IMG/VR virus record: IMGVR_UViG_3300002835_000031
Origin: an uncultured virus (IMG/VR IMGVR_UViG_3300002835_000031)
Lineage: Duplodnaviria > Heunggongvirae > Uroviricota > Caudoviricetes
Reading direction: 5' to 3' (one strand)
DNA length: 64,000 bases
The notes below the pieces were generated by a model. It searched no databases and was not told the origin of the DNA. It saw only the letters and a list, made by a program, of their open reading frames with translations. Below, in pieces: positions 7,904 through 15,986 of this stretch. Position 1 is the stretch's first letter, and every line of letters begins with the position of its first letter. A program made the position numbers and the translations under genes.

Positions 7904-8147
7904 AATTGGTTAATCTTTTAATATCTTTGGGTTTGACAATAAGTATATGCTTGTATATTTCGTCTTCGATCTTGAAAGGTAAATCAAGATGAATAGTTAC
8001 TGTGGGGCCTTGTTGTTCGTTGATAACCCTGTCATTACCCACAGAGCCTACCCACCTAACACCTTTGTACACTCCAGTAACTCTATCACCTAATTGATAT
8101 TTACCAAAGTATCTAATAGATTCAAAATGATCTTTTAGACTAGCCAT
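7893..8147 (-). CDS. hypothetical protein
   Basis: 84-aa ORF, coupled. Confidence 0.7.
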   Translation of the reverse strand: MASLKDHFESIRYFGKYQLGDRVTGVYKGVRWVGSVGNDRVINEQQGPTVTIHLDLPFKIEDEIYKHILIVKPKDIKRLTNYDV

Positions 8148-8367
8148 TCTTGAGTTTATTACCTAATGTGAATTTACTTAGAACATCTTTAGCAAGAGAG
8201 AAATCATCGACATCTTCTTCTAGATATATTTTCTCTTTTCTATATGCAGTAATCAATTCATTTGCATATGCAATATCATCAAAACTACAATTTTCAAGCC
8301 AGTGTCTAAATGTCTCATCGTCTGCTTTCAATAAGAACATTAAATTTCCCATATCTCGGTCTGTCAT
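8140..8367 (-). CDS. hypothetical protein
   Basis: ORF track 8140..8376; probable start MTDRD. Confidence 0.7.
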   Translation of the reverse strand: MTDRDMGNLMFLLKADDETFRHWLENCSFDDIAYANELITAYRKEKIYLEEDVDDFSLAKDVLSKFTLGNKLKNG

Positions 8368-8368
8368 A

Positions 8369-9277
8369 TTAAGCACCTTGTGTCAATACATACTTAGCCA
8401 ATTGTTTCCAATCGCCACCTTCTGCACGAATCTTTGTCGTTGAGATTAACGAACGCAAACTCAAGTTCTCAATGCTGTTGCCAATTGTCTTGATGAATGC
8501 AATTGCGTCAGCTTTATGTGATGTTGCAAACTCTGGCATAAACTCTGAATCGCCAATCAACACTTCCATGCGCTCAATCTTTTGTGCTTGTGTCATGCTC
8601 AAGTCAACGCACATTGCACGACTCTTAACAGCTTGGTCTACACGATCAAGATCCATGTTCGAGATAAACACAATGCTACCTGTAAACTTGAAACTGCGGG
8701 GCAGATCGTCATCTTTCATATCTGCATTCCAGTTGATCCAGCGTTCGCCGTATGAGTCAAGTGCACCCTTGAGCAAGTTAAGAGCAACTGGGTCTTTGAG
8801 CACGCTATCGCAGTCATCAAATACTAATACTTGACCATTGCCTTCGAACAATGTGCGATACAGACCTTTAGCAGTACTGTAACCTTTTACAATGCGAAAA
8901 CTCTTTTCACTATTAATGCGAGCACCTTCTTCGAACTGTGCTAAGTCTGTGGTGTCAATCAAGTTCTGTGCTTTGAGTGATTTCAAAACAGTATGTGTCT
9001 TACCCAAGCCACCTTGGCCTGTGATAATTGCCGATGCGATAGTCTTTTTAGCAACCATTGAGACCATTTGTGCAACAAAGTCAAAACGCTTGTTGATACC
9101 AAATTCGTCAACCTTGGGCTGGGTATTTACAGTACCGCTTACTGGTTCTACTTGCAAACCTAATTTAGCAATCTGGTCGCGCACATAAGATTCGTGACGT
9201 GATCTTGAGACCATTTTGCCATCAACAAAACCTTCGAAACGATTCTTTGCTTTGTTGAAAATTACTTTTACACGCAT
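8369..9277 (-). CDS. AAA+/P-loop ATPase
   Basis: Walker A GQGGLGKT, Walker B VLVFDDCD, sensor FISN, putative Arg finger in AVKSR; AGGAG SD. Confidence 0.9.
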   Translation of the reverse strand: MRVKVIFNKAKNRFEGFVDGKMVSRSRHESYVRDQIAKLGLQVEPVSGTVNTQPKVDEFGINKRFDFVAQMVSMVAKKTIASAIITGQGGLGKTHTVLKSLKAQNLIDTTDLAQFEEGARINSEKSFRIVKGYSTAKGLYRTLFEGNGQVLVFDDCDSVLKDPVALNLLKGALDSYGERWINWNADMKDDDLPRSFKFTGSIVFISNMDLDRVDQAVKSRAMCVDLSMTQAQKIERMEVLIGDSEFMPEFATSHKADAIAFIKTIGNSIENLSLRSLISTTKIRAEGGDWKQLAKYVLTQGA

Positions 9278-9308
9278 ACTAACTCCTGTTTTTGTTTGCT
9301 ATATATCT

Positions 9309-9431
9309 ATTATAATTGCTTTTGCACATTTGCACAAGCAAAGACCCTTTTGGCTTTATGGGTTCTTTTGATTTGCACAAATTTACTTTTCATCATGTCA
9401 TAATTATATGTGCATTTGCACAGTTTGTCAA
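9309..9431 (-). promoter_or_regulatory. two tandem sigma70 promoters upstream of the ATPase
   Basis: TTGTGC-17-TATAAT (9309-9337) and TTGACA-17-TATAAT (9403-9431). Confidence 0.75.
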
Positions 9432-9474
9432 GCGTTTTTAGTCAAAAAGATTCGAATTTCTGCTAAAAAAGTGC

Positions 9475-9503
9475 TTGACAGGAGATCAAAAAGAATATAT
9501 AAT
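9475..9503 (+). promoter_or_regulatory. sigma70 promoter for the plus-strand operon 9538-10525
   Basis: TTGACA-17bp-TATAAT. Confidence 0.85.
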
Positions 9504-9537
9504 CGAGGTAATATTATCTACAATATAGGGATTCTAC

Positions 9538-9705
9538 ATGGATATTCAGCCAAAAGACATAAGTAAAGGTCATTTTTATATCAGTTTGATTAAAAGTGGA
9601 ATGCGAATTATAGCAGGTGCATACTTAATCACGGGTGATTTTGTTATTGCCGGTCTATTGTTAATTACTGCAGAACTATTGGGCATTCTTGAGGAGTTGG
9701 TATGA
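9538..9705 (+). CDS. 55-aa membrane protein (MDIQPKDISKGHFYISLIKS...)
   Basis: Hand-translated; ATGA coupling to 9702. Confidence 0.7.
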   Translation: MDIQPKDISKGHFYISLIKSGMRIIAGAYLITGDFVIAGLLLITAELLGILEELV

Positions 9706-9893
9706 ACAATAACGACACAACAAAACAACGCATGGAAGAATTAATGGCTCCTGTAGAACAACAGATTTTGATGTGCGATAATAGAGAAGATATACTAATG
9801 ATGGCATGTGCTATGATGCAACGTACTCATGAGATATTTGTAAATGAATTGGGTGAGGATGGTGCTAAAATAATGTATGAAGATTATGTATAA
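9702..9893 (+). CDS. hypothetical protein
   Basis: 63-aa ORF, GAGGAG SD. Confidence 0.75.
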   Translation: MNNNDTTKQRMEELMAPVEQQILMCDNREDILMMACAMMQRTHEIFVNELGEDGAKIMYEDYV

Positions 9894-10053
9894 AGATTCT
9901 AAATTTAGATTGTGGGTTTTTAGATTATGGCATGAAAATCTAGAAGAAAGATTCCTACACAAAGAAGAACAAATAACTATTCAAGAATATTGGGAAAAAT
10001 ATAAATGGTGGATAAAAAGAGAATATCGACATCAAACACGAAAGAACAAATAA
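9886..10053 (+). CDS. 55-aa Trp-rich hypothetical protein (MYKDSKFRLWVFRLWHEN...)
   Basis: Hand-translated; TAATG coupling to the next gene. Confidence 0.65.
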   Translation: MYKDSKFRLWVFRLWHENLEERFLHKEEQITIQEYWEKYKWWIKREYRHQTRKNK

Positions 10054-10256
10054 TGAGTTTTAGAAATCAAATCATCGATGCAACCGCAGCACGATACACC
10101 GCAGATATTGAACAGTTACGAATTGACGCTGAAGTATTATTACAACATACTGTGGGTGTGCCAGGTTCATCTAGCACCTGTGCATCATTCGATGCCATAG
10201 TAACACAGATTGCTTATTTGGAATCGAAGCTCGCATCTTTGTCATTATTTAAATGA
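10053..10256 (+). CDS. hypothetical protein (probable start MSFRNQ)
   Basis: ORF track 10005..10256; coupled ATG at 10053. Confidence 0.65.
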   Translation: MSFRNQIIDATAARYTADIEQLRIDAEVLLQHTVGVPGSSSTCASFDAIVTQIAYLESKLASLSLFK

Positions 10257-10525
10257 AAATCAAAGACGGAGAGACATTTGAACAATGGTCTGAAAGAGTC
10301 AGACAATTTGAATTCGGTTATGCCATGCAAGCATTGGCACACGGAACGCCCGCTGACACAATACTAGAACAGATGTCTATTCGCATCACAAATAAAATGA
10401 AACATTATATTCTCATTTGCATCAAAGTACCTTACAGTTATGATGTGAATAAAAATAAACTTGAATACGAACAAATAATGAAACTGATATCTCCGGTTGC
10501 GGATCATGTCACTTGGGATAATTAA
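10253..10525 (+). CDS. hypothetical protein
   Basis: 90-aa ORF, ATGA coupling. Confidence 0.7.
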   Translation: MKIKDGETFEQWSERVRQFEFGYAMQALAHGTPADTILEQMSIRITNKMKHYILICIKVPYSYDVNKNKLEYEQIMKLISPVADHVTWDN

Positions 10526-10602
10526 AAATGAAACACACAATTTATTACGTTTTAATCGTGGCAGTATCCACAGCTGCTGTCGCAGTGCAGATACTTTATA
10601 AC

Positions 10603-10923
10603 TTACACAGAGTTTAGGCCTTCTAACTCTCGATCTGATTCTGTTATTACCAGAGTCGTGTTGGGCATTATCTTTAGCAATGCCTTTTGTATCTCATCTA
10701 AAGACTTGCCTTGAATTAAAAATGCTTCAGGGTTCAGAGTCCATAAGTATACTTGATCTCCGTGATGCTCAACTCGGCATTCTATATACTTTTCCTGTTC
10801 ACTGGGAGGAGTAATCATTTTATATTGTTGCATGTCTTTATTAGTTACCGCTCTAATAAAGCCAATTGCATTCCAAATTATCCACGCATAAAATATGCAT
10901 TCAAGTAGTTGTTGTATTGTCAT
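10603..10923 (-). CDS. hypothetical protein with N-terminal TM segment
   Basis: 106-aa ORF. Confidence 0.7.
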   Translation of the reverse strand: MTIQQLLECIFYAWIIWNAIGFIRAVTNKDMQQYKMITPPSEQEKYIECRVEHHGDQVYLWTLNPEAFLIQGKSLDEIQKALLKIMPNTTLVITESDRELEGLNSV

Positions 10924-10929
10924 ATGATA

Positions 10930-12066
10930 TTAATCACTGATGGCCATGGTGTGTTGACCACCTGCATCAACCGTTGACCAAGTTGTTAAAGCGCCAACCT
11001 GTACTGGACTAGATACATATACAGTTGCGCTATTACCTATACCTAATCGACCGGAGCTGCTGTTACCCCACGCCCACATGGTTCCATCTGTTTTAATAGC
11101 CATGTTGTGATAACTACCTGAAGCAATATTTAACCAATTAGTTAATGCGCCAACCTGTTTTGGGCTTGAATAGTTTGTGGTATTGCCTAATCCTAATTGC
11201 CCATTTGAATTGCGACCACCCAATCCCCACATGGTACCATCTGTTTTAATGGCCATGCTATGATAACTACCTGAAGCAATTGTTAACCAAGTTGTTAGGG
11301 CACCAACCTGTACAGGACTAGATCTATATGTTAGATTGCCTAATCCTAATTGCCCATGTGGATTCATACCCCACGACCACATGGTACCATCGGTTTTGAT
11401 GGCCAAGCTGTGATTATAACCTGCAGAAATTCGTAACCAAGTAGTTAAAGCACCAATCTGTACTGGACTAGATATATTTGTAGTATTTCCTAGACCCAGT
11501 TGTCCCTGTGCATTATATCCCCACGACCACATAGTACCATCTGTTTTGACGGCCATGCTGTATTGAAAACCTGCATCAATTTTTGACCATGTGGTTAATG
11601 CACCAACCTGTACTGGACTAGATATATTTGTAGTATTTCCTAGACCTAATTTACCGCTGCTACCATTACCCCATGACCACATGGTGCCATCTGTTTTAAT
11701 AGCCATGCTATGATAAGTGCCTCCAGCAATACTTGACCAAGTTGTTAGGGCACCAACCTGTACTGGACTAGATATATCTGTAGTATTACCTAAACCTAAT
11801 TGGCCGTTTCCGCCTGAACCCCATGACCACAAGGTACCATCTGTTTTGACTGCCATGGTGTGCTGGCTACCAGCAAAAACTGTTGACCATGTACCTAAAG
11901 CACCAACCTGTACTGGACTAGATATATCTGTAGTATTACCTAAACCCAATCTGCCATAGCTATTTCTACCCCATGACCACAAGTAAAATTCTGGTACAGG
12001 AACCGGAGGATCCCATGTCTGCACATTCATTCCACCAAGAGCAAAGTTAACATTTGTAATTTGCAT
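10930..12066 (-). CDS. RCC1/BLIP-II-type 7-bladed beta-propeller protein (displaced paralog)
   Basis: Seven ~50-aa repeats KTDGT(L/M)WSWG....G.LGLG.T...SSPVQVG.LT.W; N-terminal peptide + Pro linker. Confidence 0.92.
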   Translation of the reverse strand: MQITNVNFALGGMNVQTWDPPVPVPEFYLWSWGRNSYGRLGLGNTTDISSPVQVGALGTWSTVFAGSQHTMAVKTDGTLWSWGSGGNGQLGLGNTTDISSPVQVGALTTWSSIAGGTYHSMAIKTDGTMWSWGNGSSGKLGLGNTTNISSPVQVGALTTWSKIDAGFQYSMAVKTDGTMWSWGYNAQGQLGLGNTTNISSPVQIGALTTWLRISAGYNHSLAIKTDGTMWSWGMNPHGQLGLGNLTYRSSPVQVGALTTWLTIASGSYHSMAIKTDGTMWGLGGRNSNGQLGLGNTTNYSSPKQVGALTNWLNIASGSYHNMAIKTDGTMWAWGNSSSGRLGIGNSATVYVSSPVQVGALTTWSTVDAGGQHTMAISD

Positions 12067-12078
12067 TTTAATTCTTTC

Positions 12079-12975
12079 TTATACGTTTGCTGTGTTTGTT
12101 GATGGGAATGCTCGACCGGATCCCCAAATAATTCTTACTGCTCCAGTACCACCAGGGCCCGAGAAGTTAGGTCCATCTGTTGCGCCACCTGCACCCACTA
12201 CCACAGTATAACTTTGACCTGGCACAACTTCAATATTATTTTTCCAACCAAGGCCACCGCCGCCGCCATTGATAGTATAGGTGCCTGAGCCACCACCACC
12301 ATAGAAACCGCCAATCCCGCCATTAGTACCCGAACCATTTGGATATTGTACACCATTACCACCACCTGATCCGCCTCTAGCAAAACCGCTACCATTTACT
12401 GAACCAAGTGGCGACCCTATACCGCTTGTGCCTTGACCTAAGATGCCAACACCGCCTCCAGGTCCCCAAACACCTCCACCACCTCCACCGCCTTGGCCAT
12501 CGCCACCTGCAATAGTAGCAGTAGGTGCGGCCGTACCTTTACCCGCATCGCCACCGTTTCCTGAATATCCGCCAGCGCCACCGCCACCATAAAAATCAGT
12601 ACCTGACCCATTATAGCTATTACCACCATTGCCACCACCGTCACCTACATAACCACCACCAAAACCATAACCGGCACGCAGAGTACCCACTGCGCCACTA
12701 TAAGCTCCGCCTCGACCACCGCCTAATCCTGCCACTGTTACTTGGCTTATAAAATAACTATTGCCGCCATTGGTCACACTTGCTGCAGTACTTGAAGAAC
12801 GACACCCGCCACCCCCGCCACCAACCGCCACAACTGCGACGCTATATACTCCAGGTGGGGCAGTCCAACTGAATGTGCCTGCAGTAGTAAATTGAGCTTG
12901 ACCTGGCGGAGTCGGAGGAGGCGGAGTAGTAATAATTTGCATTCCGCCCAATAACTCTAATCCCGATAATCGCAT
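12079..12975 (-). CDS. glycine-rich virion/adhesin-like protein
   Basis: FTTAGTFSWTAP.GV..V.VVAVGGGGGG...YTVVVGAGG...GAVRIIW; N-terminal peptide + PPPPTPP. Confidence 0.8.
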   Translation of the reverse strand: MRLSGLELLGGMQIITTPPPPTPPGQAQFTTAGTFSWTAPPGVYSVAVVAVGGGGGGCRSSSTAASVTNGGNSYFISQVTVAGLGGGRGGAYSGAVGTLRAGYGFGGGYVGDGGGNGGNSYNGSGTDFYGGGGAGGYSGNGGDAGKGTAAPTATIAGGDGQGGGGGGGVWGPGGGVGILGQGTSGIGSPLGSVNGSGFARGGSGGGNGVQYPNGSGTNGGIGGFYGGGGSGTYTINGGGGGLGWKNNIEVVPGQSYTVVVGAGGATDGPNFSGPGGTGAVRIIWGSGRAFPSTNTANV

Positions 12976-12976
12976 C

Positions 12977-13378
12977 TTATACCTTTAAATTCTTGATATG
13001 AGTTTTATGTACGCGGCATTGCACTTGGCCGTTGTAATAATCTTCTGTTTCTAAAACTCGTCTATCCATTTGTTCTCTTGCTTCTAAATAATTGCACAAA
13101 CCTTTGTTTGGGCATATATGCAGTATCTCTCGTATAAACTTATCCGCACCATGCGTTTCAACATCAGCTTTAACTTCATCAGATGAAGACCAATAATCCC
13201 TCCAATCTGACTCAACCTTTAATCTTTTCTTCTTACCCTTAACTACCTTTGTTCTGCGAAACCAAAACAACTTTTTACCTATATACTTGCGATTCGTGGC
13301 AGTATTGGTAATCAAGTACACGTAACCATACGCGTCGTCTGGAATAAGTTCTAAAGGGTTTCCGTTATATAGCCACAT
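12977..13378 (-). CDS. GIY-YIG family endonuclease-like protein
   Basis: YGYVYLITN...RKYIGKK...E...YYN. Confidence 0.8.
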   Translation of the reverse strand: MWLYNGNPLELIPDDAYGYVYLITNTATNRKYIGKKLFWFRRTKVVKGKKKRLKVESDWRDYWSSSDEVKADVETHGADKFIREILHICPNKGLCNYLEAREQMDRRVLETEDYYNGQVQCRVHKTHIKNLKV

Positions 13379-13400
13379 CTAAATACCAATATTAAATTAG

Positions 13401-13408
13401 TATTTATA
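13401..13408 (-). promoter_or_regulatory. T4-type late promoter
   Basis: TATAAATA 23 nt upstream of the ATG at 13378. Confidence 0.7.
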
Positions 13409-13748
13409 CGGTTTCCCAATAGTCGTTTCCGTCTGAAAAGTTATCACCATCATCCCTAGGTGGAACAAAGAAGTAATCGTCGGGATTTGTCATTATATCT
13501 TCGGCGTCTTCAGCTAATCCGCCGGTTCCCATGATGCCGGCTCGTTGCAGCATTTGGGTTTGTATAGATTTCTTATATCTATGCTCTTCAGATTCTTCGC
13601 GTGCCATGTATGCCGCTTGCTTTTCTGAAAAGACTTTCTTTTGTTCCGCATTCCATTGTCTGGAATTGGCACAGGCGCGAGAACAGAACTTACCTGGTTT
13701 GGTATGCTCTGTGCTGCACTTAGGACAAGTCTTCGTCTTCGTACTCAT
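13404..13748 (-). CDS. Zn-ribbon-containing hypothetical protein
   Basis: CPKC...FCSRAC; start uncertain (13748 or 13763). Confidence 0.7.
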   Translation of the reverse strand: MSTKTKTCPKCSTEHTKPGKFCSRACANSRQWNAEQKKVFSEKQAAYMAREESEEHRYKKSIQTQMLQRAGIMGTGGLAEDAEDIMTNPDDYFFVPPRDDGDNFSDGNDYWETV

Positions 13749-13881
13749 CCTGTTGGTCTGCATCCATATGTGCTCCGCAGAATGGACAAAACTCTACTTT
13801 ATAATAGTCTTCGTCAAGATCAAAATTTATCTTGAAGACGCCATCACATTCGACACATTCGTGGTGTTGTTTTCTTGCCAT
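13720..13881 (-). CDS. 53-aa Zn-ribbon protein (MARKQHHECVEC...FCPFCG...acidic tail)
   Basis: Hand-translated; two CxxC pairs; GAGGA SD. Confidence 0.7.
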   Translation of the reverse strand: MARKQHHECVECDGVFKINFDLDEDYYKVEFCPFCGAHMDADQQDEYEDEDLS

Positions 13882-14321
13882 GATAATCCTCTCTTTTTAG
13901 TTTCTGCATCAAACACTCGTTGACGCAGGTCAGATGAACTAAAGAAATGATCTCGTTTATTGAAATACAATTCTATTCCTCTTTTCAAGCAAATGTCCTT
14001 GCCTGTATATTCTGTATCTTTATATTCTTCACCTAAGATTCTTACATCAATTGGCAATGCCATAAAGATATCCTCGAGCTCTTTCTCCGTTGAATATACT
14101 ATAATCTCATCAACATGCTTGCATGATGATACCTGAATTTGTCTCTCAATGATTGACTGCACAGGTCTGTTTTTAGATTTTCTATCTATTGTGGGATCGA
14201 TTTGAATCGCAGCAATTAGATAATCGCATTGACGCTTTGCCTCTTCCAACATAATCACATGACCTGCATGGAACAGATCAAATGTGGAACACGTAATTCC
14301 AATTTTTTTGTTTACACTCAT
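13827..14321 (-). CDS. TagD-like (glycerol-3-phosphate) cytidylyltransferase
   Basis: TFDLFHAGH (HxGH), ILGEEY, R.HFFSSSDLR. Confidence 0.85.
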   Translation of the reverse strand: MSVNKKIGITCSTFDLFHAGHVIMLEEAKRQCDYLIAAIQIDPTIDRKSKNRPVQSIIERQIQVSSCKHVDEIIVYSTEKELEDIFMALPIDVRILGEEYKDTEYTGKDICLKRGIELYFNKRDHFFSSSDLRQRVFDAETKKRGLSWQENNTTNVSNVMASSR

Positions 14322-14782
14322 ATTTTCTCCACTTCAATGTTACACTTATTTAAAAATTCTATACCTTCATCGCTTCTATATTGATTGCGATAAAACACTT
14401 TTTTAATCCCTGCTATATGTATAAGTTTAGCACATTCAAAGCAAGGTGCATGAGTGATATACATCGTAGCCCCTGCACCTGATTCATTTGATTGTGCCAA
14501 CTTGCCAATAGCATTCATTTCAGCATGAATAACTTCTTTCTTTGTTTCATACTTATATGTTCCCATGGTATGCCATGGACCACCTTCGTCAATTATATAT
14601 TGCGATTCTTCATATACTTCATTCTCACAATTATTATCCCAGCCCCTGGGTGTGCCGTTATAACCGATAGATATAATTCTGTTATCTTTCTCAACAACAG
14701 CACCAACCTTTAATCGTTTAGCCGATGACAATGTAGAATACGCCTCAGCAACAATCATATGCGTATTATCAAATTTACTCAT
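14318..14782 (-). CDS. cd: dCMP deaminase
   Basis: KVGAV...IGYNG, HAEMNAI, PCFEC Zn-binding motifs. Confidence 0.93.
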   Translation of the reverse strand: MSKFDNTHMIVAEAYSTLSSAKRLKVGAVVEKDNRIISIGYNGTPRGWDNNCENEVYEESQYIIDEGGPWHTMGTYKYETKKEVIHAEMNAIGKLAQSNESGAGATMYITHAPCFECAKLIHIAGIKKVFYRNQYRSDEGIEFLNKCNIEVEKI

Positions 14783-15417
14783 TTCCAACTCACCATTTTA
14801 AATCTTTCCTTAGGTACACCAAAGTATTTACATTTCCAATCACTTTGAGCAAAAAAGTCTAAATGATACCATTCATCTTTATGCTTAAGTATTTCTTTAG
14901 CAGCATTATCCCAATCTATAGTTGCAAACTCTGCTTGTACTAACAATTTACAGGCTTGCACTTCTTCACAATCAAACCCATCATATTCCCAATGTAATAC
15001 TTCAAAGCAATTGCCGTGCCTATCAACATAATCCATAGAGAAATCTAATCCCCATTTTGGACGTAATGATATAACTTTATGCACTAAAGGTAATTGTTTT
15101 GCCCAATATGTTAGTTCAGCTAATGCTTCACCTTCATACCCTTTTCGTTCAAATAACAAACTATGGTTTAGAACTGCACCTTCTATCTTAGGATATTGTG
15201 TAAACCAATCTTCTTTTAATGCTGAACGATGTGGTCTATGTTTTTTATCTTTTTGCCTATTACTATAAGCATAATGTCTTTCCAATTCAGTTAGATCATA
15301 ACCATTTTGGTCAAACAGTTCCACATCTTCCGGTGTGGGTGTGTATAATATTTTATCAATGGGTTTAGACCAATAACCATTTGTGTTAAAAGAATTATTG
15401 GTTAATTCAATTTTCAT
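14779..15417 (-). CDS. hypothetical protein
   Basis: 212-aa ORF, coupled on both sides. Confidence 0.8.
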   Translation of the reverse strand: MKIELTNNSFNTNGYWSKPIDKILYTPTPEDVELFDQNGYDLTELERHYAYSNRQKDKKHRPHRSALKEDWFTQYPKIEGAVLNHSLLFERKGYEGEALAELTYWAKQLPLVHKVISLRPKWGLDFSMDYVDRHGNCFEVLHWEYDGFDCEEVQACKLLVQAEFATIDWDNAAKEILKHKDEWYHLDFFAQSDWKCKYFGVPKERFKMVSWK

Positions 15418-15583
15418 CCCATTTTCCTTCAGGGCATTTTGCTCCAGGTATCATAGTCTTTGCCCATATAGAGCATCCACATTTATCGCACACCTTAGCA
15501 CCAATGATAGTAGTAAGATGTTCACACTTGTCGCAAATTTCTCTGCGTTTTAATGTGAAACTTATTTCATTATTACTATTCAT
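15407..15583 (-). CDS. 58-aa Cys-rich protein (DUF6171-like)
   Basis: Hand-translated: RREICDKC...VCDKCGC...K.....KCPEGKW. Confidence 0.75.
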   Translation of the reverse strand: MNSNNEISFTLKRREICDKCEHLTTIIGAKVCDKCGCSIWAKTMIPGAKCPEGKWDEN

Positions 15584-15584
15584 T

Positions 15585-15986
15585 TTATTTTATAATAGGT
15601 CCGCCTGTTATCCACAGTTCACAACTTCTAGTACCCGCACATTTAAAATGTAGTAAATTGCAATATCCTAAATCTGCAGATTCTCTAGTTTTCTCTGCTT
15701 CATATGCCTCTTTACCCATGCCGCCTTCTATACATTTATACATTGCGTCAGTTATATTGAACGCAGCGCAATTAGCACATTGCATAGTCTTGGCCGTTTT
15801 TTCACTAATACCCCATTGCTTAGCAGAAACTTTCCAGTAGTCTCCTGGTTCATCTGGATTAGCTGGTCCATAATGATGTTTATCTATAGCTATTTGTCTA
15901 TTCTTAACATTGATGTCTAAATTTTGAGTAGCTATAGGGCATCCGTTTTTAGATGCCTCCGATAATAGTTCTTTAAAAGTTTTCAT
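15585..15986 (-). CDS. Cys-rich protein with T4 internal-protein-like N-terminus (MKTFKELLSE)
   Basis: ATG at 15986 overlaps the nrdB stop; CANC, YC, KC...C. Confidence 0.75.
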   Translation of the reverse strand: MKTFKELLSEASKNGCPIATQNLDINVKNRQIAIDKHHYGPANPDEPGDYWKVSAKQWGISEKTAKTMQCANCAAFNITDAMYKCIEGGMGKEAYEAEKTRESADLGYCNLLHFKCAGTRSCELWITGGPIIK

